From assembly GCA_016936815.1 (NCBI GenBank), contig JAFGXD010000090.1, positions 67,833 to 131,832 on the forward strand: DNA of 64,000 nt, written 5' to 3'. A program made the translations under genes and the position numbers. The notes under the pieces were generated by a model that worked only from the letters and a program-made list of their open reading frames with translations, made no database searches and was not told where the DNA came from. The stretch comes from Bacteroidales bacterium (GTDB lineage: Bacteria; Bacteroidota; Bacteroidia; Bacteroidales; GWF2-38-335). Within the stretch, counting starts at the first letter, position 1. Each line of letters begins with the position of its first letter. Of this stretch, positions 1 through 10,256 are shown in pieces.

Positions 1-301
1 GAAGAAAAGTATAGGCATCGTGAACTTTTAGAAATCTAAGCCCGTCTTCTGAATTTGCGTATTCTCTGTAAACATCGGGACGTAGCAAATCTGTTTCCTC
101 GAAACTTAACTCACCCGAAGATAAACCGGTTATTTCATCGAAAATATTTCTGGCACTTGCTATAGGAGTTTTTTCAAGTTGATTTATGGAAACCGGCTCT
201 TTAGAATCTAAAAGTAAATTAGATAAAAAGACTCTAAACCAGGTGTTTCCCGATTTTGGGTAAGAGGCAAGCCAAATAATATTCTTCTTATCTTTTTGCA
301 T
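1..301 (-). CDS. Sulfotransferase-domain protein, 5' part only (gene runs off the left edge of the window)
   Basis: Not in the ORF track because it is open-ended. My hand translation of the minus strand from ATG at 301-299 gives MQKDKKNIIWLASYPKSGNTWFRVFLSNLL...GLRFLKVHDAYTFL with no stop down to position 1. YPKSGNTW matches the PAPS 5'-phosphosulfate-binding loop (PKSGTTW) of Sulfotransfer_1-type enzymes. The start lies 1 nt after the PqqD stop. Confidence 0.7.
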   Translation of the reverse strand, partial: MQKDKKNIIWLASYPKSGNTWFRVFLSNLLLDSKEPVSINQLEKTPIASARNIFDEITGLSSGELSFEETDLLRPDVYREYANSEDGLRFLKVHDAYTFL

Positions 302-302
302 A

Positions 303-581
303 TTAGAAAACCACAACGAGTTTTTTTTCTGCCATTTCTTCTAGAAATTCAATTGTATCTGCTTCACATTCGGCTCTTTCAACATCATATTCTTCCATTA
401 ATTGAACAACAAGATCATCTACTTTTATTTCATCTGAAATTCTTTCCCAAATGGCAGAACCTATTTCGTTAAGTCCGTAATATTCACCATTTTCAACCGA
501 CATCATAACAACCTCTCCGTCTAATTTACTAAACACCATTTCGGGAGTTCTTTTAACAATATTGTTTAATTCAATTTTCAT
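303..581 (-). CDS. PqqD-family protein (RiPP recognition element / peptide chaperone)
   Basis: 92 aa. The pattern FSKLDGEVVMMSVENGEYYGLNEIGSAIWERISDEIKVDDLVVQLMEEYDVERAECEADTIEFLEEMAEKKLV fits the PqqD family signature (x-LN-x-G-x-IW, then EEY-V, then D-x-x-FL-x-x-L). Confidence 0.75.
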   Translation of the reverse strand: MKIELNNIVKRTPEMVFSKLDGEVVMMSVENGEYYGLNEIGSAIWERISDEIKVDDLVVQLMEEYDVERAECEADTIEFLEEMAEKKLVVVF

Positions 582-605
582 AAGAATTTAATAAATTCGT
601 TTCTA

Positions 606-613
606 CAAACCTA
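606..613 (-). promoter_or_regulatory. Candidate Bacteroidota -7 promoter box (TAGGTTTG on the minus strand) for the PqqD-sulfotransferase pair
   Basis: The minus strand reads TAGGTTTG, matching TAnnTTTG, about 25 nt upstream of the PqqD ATG at 581. Confidence 0.35.
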
Positions 614-694
614 CATGATTTTTAAATAAAACACAAGGGATAAGCATTTAGAGTTTAAGAGATTTTTATGATTTGTAGGAAATAATTAACAAAA

Positions 695-1894
695 CTATTT
701 AGCCAACCACAAAACAGGATTCATTTTGGTAAACTCTTTCCAAATTTCAAAATGTACAACTGTAGAGTTATCGTCGGGGTCGGTGTAAACTATTCCAAGC
801 ACATCTTTTCTTTTTAGCTGATCGCCGGTTACCACATAAACTTCCTTAAGGTTAGAATAAAGAGTAAAATACAGTCCATGCTGCATTAAAACCGCTTTAG
901 TTCCCGAAGGAAGATTAATTATTTGCACCACTTTTCCTTCGAAAACACAGCTCACACTAGCTCCTTTTTGGGTTGTAATATCAATTCCTGAATTCTCTAA
1001 CGATACACCGGTTGGGTGTTTGTATGGGCCAAAACCCAAGCTAATTACTCCCGATGTTGTTGGCCACGGCAATCCTCCTTTATTACCGCCAAACTGGTCG
1101 GAAACAATCTGTTCGGCAGGCGAAAGCTGTATTCCTTTAGAGGCTGTTTGCTTTTGAATTCTTTCAATAGCCTTTCTAATTTCCTGATCTATTCTTTGTA
1201 TTTCCTTTCGTTTTTCGGCAAGTTTTTTCTTTAAATCTTGCTCTTTAGCCTGTAGCTTTGTTATTTCACCGGCTTGTAGTTGTTTTTCGCTTGAAAGCTT
1301 TTTAGCTTCATTATTTTTCTCTGAAATTAGATTTTGCTTCTGAGTCTTAATCTCTTCAAGTTTAACAATCTTTTCGTTAATTGTTGTTTGAACCGACTTA
1401 ATAATACTAATTTGATTTTTTCTGTATTCCGAGTACTCCTTAACAAACTCTATTCTCTTGTAAGCCTGATTAAAATCGTCGGAAGAAAGAACATACATAA
1501 GTTGCAAATATGGATCGCGATTGTTATAGGCATAAACCACCATTCTGGAATATTCTTCCTTTAAATTCTCCAAATCTTTTCCCATAGAGGCAATAACTTC
1601 ATTGTTTTCAGTTATTTTCTCATCTAAAATTTCAATTTCGGAGCCAATAATGCTTATTTGGTCTTTTCTTAGCTCAATATTCTTGTTAATAAGTTGAAGT
1701 TTATTTTCCGAAATAGCCTTTGTCTTTTGTGCTTCCTGAAGAAACTTTTGAATGTTTTTTATCTCTTTTTCGTTGTTTGCCTTTTTGTTTTTCAACTTAT
1801 CTAAATCTGATTTGCTTTGGGAAAAGCTATTAAGCTGCATGAAAAAAATCCATACAAAAAGAAAAATTATTTTTGGCAAAAAGCTCTTATTCAT
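695..1894 (-). CDS. M23-family peptidoglycan metalloendopeptidase / murein hydrolase activator (EnvC-like) with a long N-terminal coiled coil
   Basis: 399 aa with a signal peptide and about 230 aa of K/E/Q-rich coiled coil. The C-terminal region (GIDITTQKGASVSCVFEGKVV...HFEIW) is a typical LytM/M23 domain. Confidence 0.85.
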   Translation of the reverse strand: MNKSFLPKIIFLFVWIFFMQLNSFSQSKSDLDKLKNKKANNEKEIKNIQKFLQEAQKTKAISENKLQLINKNIELRKDQISIIGSEIEILDEKITENNEVIASMGKDLENLKEEYSRMVVYAYNNRDPYLQLMYVLSSDDFNQAYKRIEFVKEYSEYRKNQISIIKSVQTTINEKIVKLEEIKTQKQNLISEKNNEAKKLSSEKQLQAGEITKLQAKEQDLKKKLAEKRKEIQRIDQEIRKAIERIQKQTASKGIQLSPAEQIVSDQFGGNKGGLPWPTTSGVISLGFGPYKHPTGVSLENSGIDITTQKGASVSCVFEGKVVQIINLPSGTKAVLMQHGLYFTLYSNLKEVYVVTGDQLKRKDVLGIVYTDPDDNSTVVHFEIWKEFTKMNPVLWLAK

Positions 1895-2798
1895 CTTCTT
1901 TGTTTATTCTTTGAAACTTTTCCGGTATAGAAAAAATAAATTTCAAAGATTTATCGAGTGTAATTTTACTATATTCTAACGAGATTTTTACGTTTTTTTC
2001 TTCAAATTTTATTTCAATATCAGATTTTGTTGGAAAACACTTAGTTGTATCGTTCTGATTAAAACCTGAATATTTAATATTGAATGCCAAATCTAAATCG
2101 AAATCATTAATTTGTACCTCCTCAATTTTAAAGAAATCCGGATTAATAATAACTGTTTGGTCAATTAGACCTTCTGTTTTATTTTTCTTCTGAAGCCTTT
2201 TAACTTTCTTTTCCTTAACCGAATTCAGGTAGTAATAAACAGAATCGTTATCGGCATTAAAATGTTGTCTAAGTTTTATGGAATCGTCGGGCATTGGATA
2301 CATAAAAAGCTCATTCATAATTAAATCCTGCACCAAATTGTAATCTAACTCCAAATGAAACATGTTTGAAAGATATTCATAATCGCCCACAAAATATTGA
2401 GAACTTAGTTTGTTCAGAAACTTAACGGAATCTTGTGTTAACGATACTCTGGCCATTTCAATTCCTAATGCGGGAATAATTGAAACCCAAATTGTTGAAT
2501 CTTTACTAATTCTTATATTTGCTTTAACAGATTGACTTTTTTCACCATTATCGAATTCAATATTTAATTTAGACGAAAACGTATTGAAATTCAGATACTT
2601 TTCTTCCAATTCCTGATGAATTTTTTTCACCGAAAGGGATTTAAGCTTTTTGTTTTTGTCGTGGTTTTCCTCAACAGAGGCGGTCTTTTTTGTCTTACAT
2701 GATACTAATCCAAAACAAGCAAGTACTAATGCAATTGATATAATAATTATTTGAAAAGTTTTGTTCATTAATTTATTCCGGTTTGTTTGCTTCTTCAA
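1887..2798 (-). CDS. DUF4292-like (LolB-fold) lipoprotein
   Basis: 303 aa with a lipobox (LVSC). The segment KANIRISKDSTIWVSIIPALGIEMARVSLTQDSVKFLNK matches my memory of DUF4292. The conserved Bacteroidota order TPR - DUF4292 - M23 supports the call. An alternative start at 2768 (MNKTFQ) would remove the overlap with the upstream gene. Confidence 0.65.
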   Translation of the reverse strand: MKKQTNRNKLMNKTFQIIIISIALVLACFGLVSCKTKKTASVEENHDKNKKLKSLSVKKIHQELEEKYLNFNTFSSKLNIEFDNGEKSQSVKANIRISKDSTIWVSIIPALGIEMARVSLTQDSVKFLNKLSSQYFVGDYEYLSNMFHLELDYNLVQDLIMNELFMYPMPDDSIKLRQHFNADNDSVYYYLNSVKEKKVKRLQKKNKTEGLIDQTVIINPDFFKIEEVQINDFDLDLAFNIKYSGFNQNDTTKCFPTKSDIEIKFEEKNVKISLEYSKITLDKSLKFIFSIPEKFQRINKEDE

Positions 2799-4386
2799 TT
2801 TTGTTTATTAATTCCTTGGTATTGATTCCCAAATCTTTTGCTTTTTGCCATTGTGCTATGGCAGCGGTTTTATCGTTTAACTTGAATAAAATATCGCCAT
2901 AAACTTCGAAAATTTCGGCATTTTCTTCGGGTGCAAATTTAATAGCTTTTTCAATTATTTCCTTTGCTTTTGCAAATTGCAAGTTGTTTTTTAACAAGAA
3001 TTTGGCATAATCGAACAACAAAATATCGTCGTTTGGCATTAAACCCAAAGCTTTTTGGTAGGTAATATCAGCTTCAGAAGTTTCACCGTTATTGCTGTAA
3101 GCTTCGGCAAGAAACGAAAGAAACTGTATTTCCATATTCTTATTATCTACTAAAAAATCCATTCCTTCCGTAAGTTTTTCAATAGCTTTTTTATTATCTC
3201 CGGTTTTTACTGCTGCCAAACCATAAAATAAATAAAACTGAGGAAGATTGGGGAAATATTCCAGAGCTTCTGCAGCTTCGGGAAGCATTTTTTCATAAGC
3301 TTTAAGCTCATTTTCAATAAGTAGCAACTGTTCCCAAATTATATACTTGTCTTTTTCGGTTTTTACAACCAACTCGTATTTATCTCTTGCGGCTTCATAA
3401 TTCCCTGTAATAGAGAGAAAATCTGCTTCCAGAGTATGAACTTTAATATCGTCGGGATGTTTTTCGAGAAGTATATCTAACATTTCTCTAGCCTGTTCTT
3501 TAACCTGGGAAGATTTATCGGCATAGGGGACAAATCTTGCAAGCATTTTAATTTTTAGGTCGGTGTCAACATCGTAAGAACCAAAGGCTTTTTTTAGGTG
3601 CTGAAAACTTAAATCGGGCTTTCCGGCATTATTGTAAAATTCAGCTAAAGAAAGATTGGCAAGACCATTCTCAGGATCTTTTTCCAGAATACCCTGATAA
3701 ATTTGAAAAGCTTTATCGGGCTGATTATTATCTAAATACGATTCGGCAAGTATTCCATGATAACGATATTCAAAAGGAAATGCATTTTTAAGTTTAATAA
3801 TTTCCTCAATTGCTTTTTGTTTGTTTCCGCTAATTAAGTACACCCTTTCTTTCTCTAAAGAAATTTGCTCATTAACACCAACAATTGCCTCGGCGTTATT
3901 GTAAGAATTTATTGCCTCCTTTGTTTTGCCTTGTCGGGTAAGCATTATACCAAGTTGAAGGTGATAATCGGGATCTTCGGGAAAAAGTTTTGTAAGGTTT
4001 TTGTAAACTTTTATAGCCTCATCGGGAAGGTTGTTTTGCTCGTAAAGGGTTGCCAGCAAAAGCAAATACCATTTATTAGAATTATCTATTTCAACAGCAT
4101 TTTTGGCATGCACCAAAGCTCCCATATAGTTTCCTTGATTGTTAAACGATCTTGCCAATTCATAAAAAGCCGCCGAACTGCCGGGATCAATTTGAGTACA
4201 ACGGGTAAAAAACAAGGCCGCTTCGCTAAAATTTCCCAACATTTTTTGCTTGTTGCCTTCGTAAAAATTGCGGTAGTACTCCATTTTGGCCTGACCAACA
4301 ACTTCCTTTTTTTTTTGAGCTTGGGCTGAAAAAAGCAAAGAGAGAGAAAAAACTAATAATATGGTTCTATTTTGAAATAGATGCAT
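2773..4386 (-). CDS. Tetratricopeptide-repeat protein (secreted or periplasmic)
   Basis: The ORF-track protein has many TPR-like A/Y/L repeats. I moved the start to the internal Met (MHLFQNRTILLVFSLSLLFSAQAQ, a signal peptide); cat at 4384-4386 was verified. Confidence 0.8.
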   Translation of the reverse strand: MHLFQNRTILLVFSLSLLFSAQAQKKKEVVGQAKMEYYRNFYEGNKQKMLGNFSEAALFFTRCTQIDPGSSAAFYELARSFNNQGNYMGALVHAKNAVEIDNSNKWYLLLLATLYEQNNLPDEAIKVYKNLTKLFPEDPDYHLQLGIMLTRQGKTKEAINSYNNAEAIVGVNEQISLEKERVYLISGNKQKAIEEIIKLKNAFPFEYRYHGILAESYLDNNQPDKAFQIYQGILEKDPENGLANLSLAEFYNNAGKPDLSFQHLKKAFGSYDVDTDLKIKMLARFVPYADKSSQVKEQAREMLDILLEKHPDDIKVHTLEADFLSITGNYEAARDKYELVVKTEKDKYIIWEQLLLIENELKAYEKMLPEAAEALEYFPNLPQFYLFYGLAAVKTGDNKKAIEKLTEGMDFLVDNKNMEIQFLSFLAEAYSNNGETSEADITYQKALGLMPNDDILLFDYAKFLLKNNLQFAKAKEIIEKAIKFAPEENAEIFEVYGDILFKLNDKTAAIAQWQKAKDLGINTKELINKIEEANKPE

Positions 4387-5371
4387 AATCTCCAATATTA
4401 ATTTCTGTTGTATCTCCTTTAATGTCAACGTAATTACCAATCATTGAGTTTTCAACGTTAAGACTTTTTATTTTCGAATTTCTTTGAATAATGCTGTTAC
4501 GAATAATTGAGCTGCTCACGCTTGTATTTCTTCCCACGGAAACGTAAGGTCCAATTATAGAATTCTCAATAATGGCATTATCGCCTATATAGCAAGGTTT
4601 AACAACAATTGAATTTACAATTTTTGCCGAAGGAGAAATTAGTTCTTCGTCTTTATGATATTCCAGAATTCTTTGATTGGTATAAACGGTGGCATTTTTA
4701 TTTCCACAATCTAACCATTCCTTAACCTGCCCTGTTTTAAATTTAATGCTTTTGTTTTTCATGTTTTCCAGAGCGTCGGTAAGTTGGTATTCGCCGTTAA
4801 CTATTACCTTATTATCAATTAAATACCTAAGCTCTTCCTTTAAAACCTCTCCCTGTTTGAAATAATAAATTCCAATAATGGCCAAATCGGAAACAAAAGT
4901 TTTTGGCTTTTCAATAAAATCGGAAATAAAGCCATCCTTATCGAGTTTTACCACGCCAAAAGCTGAAGGGTCTTCCACTTTTTGCACCCAAATGCTGGCG
5001 TCGGAGTTAACATCCAGTTTAAAATCGGCCTTAAAAAGAGTGTCTGCAAAAGCCACAATTACCGGGCCGTTAAGAGATTCTTCAGCACATAAAATAGCAT
5101 GTCCTGTACCCAAAGCCTCGTGTTGGTAATAAATTTTGGGATTTGCTCCAAGCGATTTGGCAATATTGCAAAGAGAGTCTTCAACATCGTTTCCAAAATC
5201 GCCAACAATAAAACCAATTTCAGTAATTTTTTCTCCTGCTACCAGCGCCAATTCTTCAACAAGACGCTGAACAATAGGTTTTCCGGCGATGGGAATAAGC
5301 GGTTTAGGAATAGTAAGAGTATGTGGTCTCATACGTTTTCCCATTCCTGCCATTGGAATAATTATCTTCAT
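4367..5371 (-). CDS. Sugar-phosphate nucleotidyltransferase (NTP_transferase domain plus C-terminal left-handed beta-helix)
   Basis: The N-terminus MKIIIPMAGMGKRMRPHTLTIPKPLIPIAGKPIV matches the G-x-G-x-R-x-x-P nucleotidyltransferase signature. The C-terminal hexapeptide-like repeats (IGDNAIIENSIIGPYVSVGRNTSV) indicate the beta-helix. Confidence 0.85.
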   Translation of the reverse strand: MKIIIPMAGMGKRMRPHTLTIPKPLIPIAGKPIVQRLVEELALVAGEKITEIGFIVGDFGNDVEDSLCNIAKSLGANPKIYYQHEALGTGHAILCAEESLNGPVIVAFADTLFKADFKLDVNSDASIWVQKVEDPSAFGVVKLDKDGFISDFIEKPKTFVSDLAIIGIYYFKQGEVLKEELRYLIDNKVIVNGEYQLTDALENMKNKSIKFKTGQVKEWLDCGNKNATVYTNQRILEYHKDEELISPSAKIVNSIVVKPCYIGDNAIIENSIIGPYVSVGRNTSVSSSIIRNSIIQRNSKIKSLNVENSMIGNYVDIKGDTTEINIGDYASISK

Positions 5372-5391
5372 AATTTATTATTTTTGAAAAA

Positions 5392-5826
5392 TTATTTTTG
5401 TCCTGTATGTCCAAAGCCTCCCGCACCTCTTTCGGTTTCTTCAAGGGTTTCAACCTGTTGCCAGCTAATAGTTTCGTGTTTGGCAATAATCATTTGGCAA
5501 ACTCTTTCGCCATCGTTAACCACAAAATCTTCGTTTGAAAGGTTGACAAGAATAATGCCAATTTCGCCTCGGTAATCGGCATCTATAGTTCCGGGAGTAT
5601 TTAAAACCGTAATTCCTTTTTTTAGTGCCAGTCCGCTTCTTGGACGTATTTGCGCTTCAAATCCTTTAGGAAGTTCAATAAAAAGTCCCGAAGGAATTAA
5701 TGCTCTTTGCAAAGGTTTAAGAACAACAGGTTCGTTAAGGTTTGCGCGTATATCCATACCTGCCGAAAGCCCGGTAGCATACTCGGGAAGCGGATGTTTC
5801 GAATGATTTACAATTCTAACAGTCAT
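5392..5826 (-). CDS. dut: dUTP diphosphatase
   Basis: 144 aa with the motifs [32 protein letters not shown] and a C-terminal [11 protein letters not shown]. Confidence 0.95.
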   Translation of the reverse strand: MTVRIVNHSKHPLPEYATGLSAGMDIRANLNEPVVLKPLQRALIPSGLFIELPKGFEAQIRPRSGLALKKGITVLNTPGTIDADYRGEIGIILVNLSNEDFVVNDGERVCQMIIAKHETISWQQVETLEETERGAGGFGHTGQK

Positions 5827-5947
5827 TGAAAAATTTGTTTTAAAAAGATAATCGGTAAAGATAAGTAAAAAGGAGTTAAAAATAAATTGCTTTTTATCAT
5901 CGCAGGCGTTCAGCGAAGCAAATAGTATTAAACAGTTATTTGCAAAA

Positions 5948-7150
5948 CTAGTATTTAAACAATTCTTTAAGTTTGTTTTCTAATTCGTAGCCTCTTAAAT
6001 TCTTTGCTATAATCATTCCGTTTTGGTCAAGAAGATAATTAAGAGGAATATTTTCAATAGCATACTTAGAGGCACAAATTTGCTTTTCGTCAATTACATG
6101 AATCCACTCAATCATATTATCCGCTTTTATTAATCTACTCCAATTACTTTTATCTGATGGGCGGTCGAGAGACACATGATAGATTTCGAAACCTTTTTTT
6201 GAAGCTTTATATTTGTTATGTAAACGAACAAAAACGGGGTTTTCCATTCTACATGGTTTGCACCAAGTTGCCCAAAAGACCAGTAGCACATATTTTCCTT
6301 TTGTAGAAGAAAGAGAAACGAGCTCATCTAATTCTGTTTTTAAAGTAATTTCGGGAGCATACATTCCAGGTTTTAATTCAATATCTTCATTGGTTTTAGA
6401 ATTCTCTAATTCCTCCATTTCAGCAATAAATTCGCTTAATCCCAGAGTTATTTTAGAATTGGGAAGCTTTTTTACAAGACCATTTTCAACCTTTTTAAAA
6501 ATTTCCAAATCTTCAACAGGGTTAAAAATAAAGTTTTGAGGACCTACTTGCTGTGTAAGAGCTACATAAGAGCTTAATTCTCCGGGGTTTTCATCAATAA
6601 AATTAATGAGATATGTTTTTTCATCATGTAAAATACTGTCGGAAAGTCTCTCCAATTCTATTAAAACTGTATCGAAATTGTTAAGAGACTGAGATGTTTT
6701 ATAAATAAAATTAAGCGAATCTAAAAGAAGAAGATTATTATATAAATGAGACTGCATTTTTGCCAGATTTACTGATTCACCTGTTCCGGAAACTTTTGCG
6801 GTTCCGGCCAGATTAGATAAATTTCCATTTACAATTATTTGGTCTGCTGTGTCAATAATTAGTTTAACGGGGTCGTCTATACTACGGTATAAAAGCATTA
6901 CAGAGGGCTCTGAAAGAACACCGTAGAAACGGAAATTTCCATCGTCATCAATTTTTGCTGAATCTTTAACCAACAGTTCATTTGAAGTAATTTCAGCAAG
7001 ATAAATTTTTTGATGCACACCATGTTCAAGGTTTCCTTTTATAGAAAAACCGGACTTTTTCTTTTCTTTTGTTCCGCATGAAGAAAACACAAAAAGTAAA
7101 ATACTTAATACAGCAATAGCTCTTACAATATTATTTAATAATAAATTCAT
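5948..7150 (-). CDS. TlpA/AhpC-family thiol:disulfide oxidoreductase lipoprotein with an N-terminal DUF4369-like domain
   Basis: 400 aa with lipobox SSC. The C-terminal thioredoxin fold carries the active site WATWCKPC. Confidence 0.85.
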   Translation of the reverse strand: MNLLLNNIVRAIAVLSILLFVFSSCGTKEKKKSGFSIKGNLEHGVHQKIYLAEITSNELLVKDSAKIDDDGNFRFYGVLSEPSVMLLYRSIDDPVKLIIDTADQIIVNGNLSNLAGTAKVSGTGESVNLAKMQSHLYNNLLLLDSLNFIYKTSQSLNNFDTVLIELERLSDSILHDEKTYLINFIDENPGELSSYVALTQQVGPQNFIFNPVEDLEIFKKVENGLVKKLPNSKITLGLSEFIAEMEELENSKTNEDIELKPGMYAPEITLKTELDELVSLSSTKGKYVLLVFWATWCKPCRMENPVFVRLHNKYKASKKGFEIYHVSLDRPSDKSNWSRLIKADNMIEWIHVIDEKQICASKYAIENIPLNYLLDQNGMIIAKNLRGYELENKLKELFKY

Positions 7151-7161
7151 TTCAACAAATT

Positions 7162-8466
7162 TTATTTTATCAAAGATAAGTCTTTCATAATAAATCTGGC
7201 AGTTGTTCTGCTCTTTTGTTCAACAAGTATTTCCTTGTTTATTGTAACACGGTCGATAGTCTTTTGATTATAATGCCTAATTGTTACTAATTCTAAACCA
7301 GTATTATAAAGAATTCTATATTTTTCTTTCAATCTATTAATTACCTCTTGAATTTTTCTTTCCTCATAATCTACTGATACAGAAAAACTTAATGCCGAGT
7401 TTTGCATCATATTAATCTTTAATCTATACTCTGCAAAAAAACCAAAAATTTCACTTAGAGCTTCTTCCATAATAAAAGAAAAATCTCGAGGCCTAATTGA
7501 AATAAGAACCTGATTCATTTTAAAAATAAAAGATGGGGTTCTGCTGTCTTCATCGATATTATCGTTAATAACTGAACCAAAATCATTGGGATTAATGAAT
7601 GATTTTACAAACAATGGGATATTTTTATTTTGAAGTGGTTTTATAGTTTTTGGATGAATAATTGTTGCTCCGTAATAGGCAAGTTCAATTGCCTCAAGAT
7701 ATGAAATATGATTAAGTTTTTCTGTATTATCGAACCATTTTGGGTCTGCATTTAGGATTCCGGGCACGTCTTTCCAAATTGTAAGCGATTGAGCATTAAG
7801 GATATTTGCCAAAATTGCTCCTGTAAAATCGGAACCTTCACGGCCAAGTGTTGTTGTTATGTTTTCTGTAGTGGACCCAATAAATCCCTGTGTAAAAATT
7901 ACAGGATGTTTTTTATAGTTGAATTTTTCAATAACAATTGGCTTACTAATTTCCATTAAAACATTTGCATCGCGGTAATGGTTTGTGGTTTTTAGGCAGG
8001 ATCTAATGTCAATCCAAACAGACTTTATTCCATTATCATTAATGAAAGCGTCAATTATTTTGGTTGAAATTATTTCTCCGTAAGAAACAATTTGGTCGTA
8101 TTCGAAATCGTAATTAAGTGAGGGTGTTTTCGAGCAATATTCTCTAAGTTCATAGAAAAACAAATCAATTTCTTTAAAAATTTTATGAGAGGGCTCATTA
8201 AATAACTGATGAATAATTTCAAGATGATAGTTCTCAACTTCTGAAATTAGAGCAGAAATGTTTTGCTTTCCATTGAAAAAAGAATCAACAACTTTTTCTA
8301 AAGCATTTGTTGTTTTACCCATTGCAGAAACAACAATTATCATTGGCGATGAAGGATTGGCAATAATTTTAGCAATATTTCTAACAGCATCGGCATTCTT
8401 AACAGAAGCACCACCAAACTTGTATATCTTAAGGCTTTGTATATCAGTGTTTTTTGTTTTATTCAT
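7162..8466 (-). CDS. lysC: Aspartate kinase
   Basis: 434 aa. KIYKFGGASVKNADAVRNIA, VVSAMGKTTN, GREGSDFTGA, and C-terminal ACT-like regions. Confidence 0.88.
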   Translation of the reverse strand: MNKTKNTDIQSLKIYKFGGASVKNADAVRNIAKIIANPSSPMIIVVSAMGKTTNALEKVVDSFFNGKQNISALISEVENYHLEIIHQLFNEPSHKIFKEIDLFFYELREYCSKTPSLNYDFEYDQIVSYGEIISTKIIDAFINDNGIKSVWIDIRSCLKTTNHYRDANVLMEISKPIVIEKFNYKKHPVIFTQGFIGSTTENITTTLGREGSDFTGAILANILNAQSLTIWKDVPGILNADPKWFDNTEKLNHISYLEAIELAYYGATIIHPKTIKPLQNKNIPLFVKSFINPNDFGSVINDNIDEDSRTPSFIFKMNQVLISIRPRDFSFIMEEALSEIFGFFAEYRLKINMMQNSALSFSVSVDYEERKIQEVINRLKEKYRILYNTGLELVTIRHYNQKTIDRVTINKEILVEQKSRTTARFIMKDLSLIK

Positions 8467-8578
8467 AAAAAATATTTTTAAACAAAATCAAAAAAAAATT
8501 AATTCAAAGATAATTAAGCAAACCGAACAATAAAAAATTCTTACCTTTAACCACCATAAAAACCATTATTTTTTTAAG

Positions 8579-9613
8579 ATGCCTACAAAATATCAACCTA
8601 TTACGTTAAATGAAGTAATTATTCAGGAGCAATCGGCATTTCCTTATGCCAAAGGCGAGTTATCCAGATTATTAAGTCATATTGGAATTGCAGCAAAAAT
8701 TGTTCACCGAGAAGTAAACAAGGCGGGCTTAGTAGACATTCTTGGTGCAGCGGGTTCTACCAACATACAGGGCGAGGGTCAGCAGAAACTGGATGTTTTT
8801 GCCAACGAGCAATTTATAGCCGCTATGAAATCTAGCGGAATTGTTTGCGGAATTGCTTCTGAGGAAGATGATGAGATAGTAATTTTCGATGATGAATTAT
8901 CTTTAGATGGAAAATATGTGGTTTGTTTCGATCCGCTTGATGGATCTTCAAACATTGATGTAAACGTTTCGGTTGGAACAATTTTTTCAATTTACAGAAG
9001 AATAACTCCTGTAGGTTTAAAAGCCGATATTTCTGATTTTATGCAAGAGGGAACAAAGCAAGCGGCAGCAGGTTACATTATATACGGCTCTTCTACAATG
9101 ATGGTATATACAACAGGCTTAGGAACCACAGGTTTTACATTAGATCCTTCTATTGGCGAATTTTGTCTTTCAAATAAATTTATGAAAACACCGGAAAATG
9201 GAAAGCTATATTCAATAAATGAAGGCAATTACATTAAATTTCCAATGGGTGTAAAAAAATATATTAAGTACTGTCAGGAACACGATCCCGATACAAACAG
9301 GCCTTATTCTTCAAGATATATTGGCTCTTTGGTTGCAGATTTTCACAGAAATTTACTTAAGGGTGGGATTTTTATTTATCCTCGAACCAATGGAAATCCA
9401 AACGGAAAACTGCGACTTTTATACGAATGTAATCCTGTGGCATTTTTGGCCGAACAAGCCGGAGGACTGGCAACCGATGGTAATGGGACAAGAATTTTGG
9501 AGATACAACCAACATCTTTGCACCAAAGGGTTCCACTTTTCACAGGCTCCAGAAAAATGGTTGAGAAGGCCGAAGAGTTTATGAGAACTTTTCCGGACGA
9601 GTGTTGCGAATAA
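8579..9613 (+). CDS. fbp: Fructose-1,6-bisphosphatase, class 1
   Basis: 344 aa with the motifs [45 protein letters not shown]. Confidence 0.95.
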   Translation: MPTKYQPITLNEVIIQEQSAFPYAKGELSRLLSHIGIAAKIVHREVNKAGLVDILGAAGSTNIQGEGQQKLDVFANEQFIAAMKSSGIVCGIASEEDDEIVIFDDELSLDGKYVVCFDPLDGSSNIDVNVSVGTIFSIYRRITPVGLKADISDFMQEGTKQAAAGYIIYGSSTMMVYTTGLGTTGFTLDPSIGEFCLSNKFMKTPENGKLYSINEGNYIKFPMGVKKYIKYCQEHDPDTNRPYSSRYIGSLVADFHRNLLKGGIFIYPRTNGNPNGKLRLLYECNPVAFLAEQAGGLATDGNGTRILEIQPTSLHQRVPLFTGSRKMVEKAEEFMRTFPDECCE

Positions 9614-9632
9614 AAACTTCTGCAAGAATCTT

Positions 9633-10256
9633 ATGTGTTTTATTTCTGAAATTAAACTGGCTATTAAGGGTAAATTGCCGGGTATTTCTGCACAGCAAAA
9701 AATGGCTCCTTCAATTAGAAACATAGAAGCGTTATTGAATAAAAGTAAACCACCGCTTAGAAACTCAGCAGTTCTAATACTCTTGTTTTTTGATAAAGAA
9801 TGGAAAGTTGTATTAACAAAGCGTCACGAATATATAGGCCCTCATAGCAATCAGGTTTCTTTTCCCGGAGGTAAACAAGAGCCAACCGATAAAAATTTGG
9901 TAGAAACTGCAATAAGAGAAACCTTTGAGGAAATAGGAATTAAATCCGAGAATGTAGAAGTTTTAGGTTTATTAAGTCCTCTATTTATTCCTGTAAGCAA
10001 CAATATGGTTCAGCCAGTGGTAGGTTTTTATAAAGAAAAGCCGGTTTTTATTCCATCCGAATTTGAGGTAAAAGAAATTATTGAAGTCGGAATTCAACAT
10101 TTAACAAATCATAAAACAAGAAAAACCGAGACCATTAAAATTGAAGACAGAACAATTGATGCTCCTTATTTTGAAATTGGCAACCACCATGTTTGGGGAG
10201 CTACAGCAATGATTTTAAGCGAATTTTGTGAATTGGTAAACTCTATAAATCAATGA
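9633..10256 (+). CDS. NUDIX hydrolase (CoA pyrophosphatase-like)
   Basis: Nudix box GGKQEPTDKNLVETAIRETFEEIG. The length and N-terminal context are typical of the NudL/CoAse type. Confidence 0.8.
   Translation: MCFISEIKLAIKGKLPGISAQQKMAPSIRNIEALLNKSKPPLRNSAVLILLFFDKEWKVVLTKRHEYIGPHSNQVSFPGGKQEPTDKNLVETAIRETFEEIGIKSENVEVLGLLSPLFIPVSNNMVQPVVGFYKEKPVFIPSEFEVKEIIEVGIQHLTNHKTRKTETIKIEDRTIDAPYFEIGNHHVWGATAMILSEFCELVNSINQ

Noticed and set aside
617-661. 14-codon minus-strand ORF (MLIPCVLFKNHVGL) just upstream of the PqqD gene, considered as a RiPP precursor
   Set aside because: It is too short. It overlaps or sits upstream of the predicted TAGGTTTG promoter box rather than downstream of it. It has no recognisable leader or core features. 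Precursors, if any, are more likely beyond the left edge.
3865-4329. 154-aa ORF on the + strand (plus a 71-aa ORF at 4086-4301) lying inside the TPR gene
   Set aside because: It is entirely antisense or overlapping to a well-supported TPR coding region. The low-complexity translation has no motifs. Such ORFs are typical artefacts in AT-rich DNA.
9321-9724. 87-aa (+) and 101-aa (-) ORFs overlapping the 3' end of fbp and the start of the NUDIX gene
   Set aside because: They overlap two well-supported genes in other frames and have no motifs, so they are spurious.
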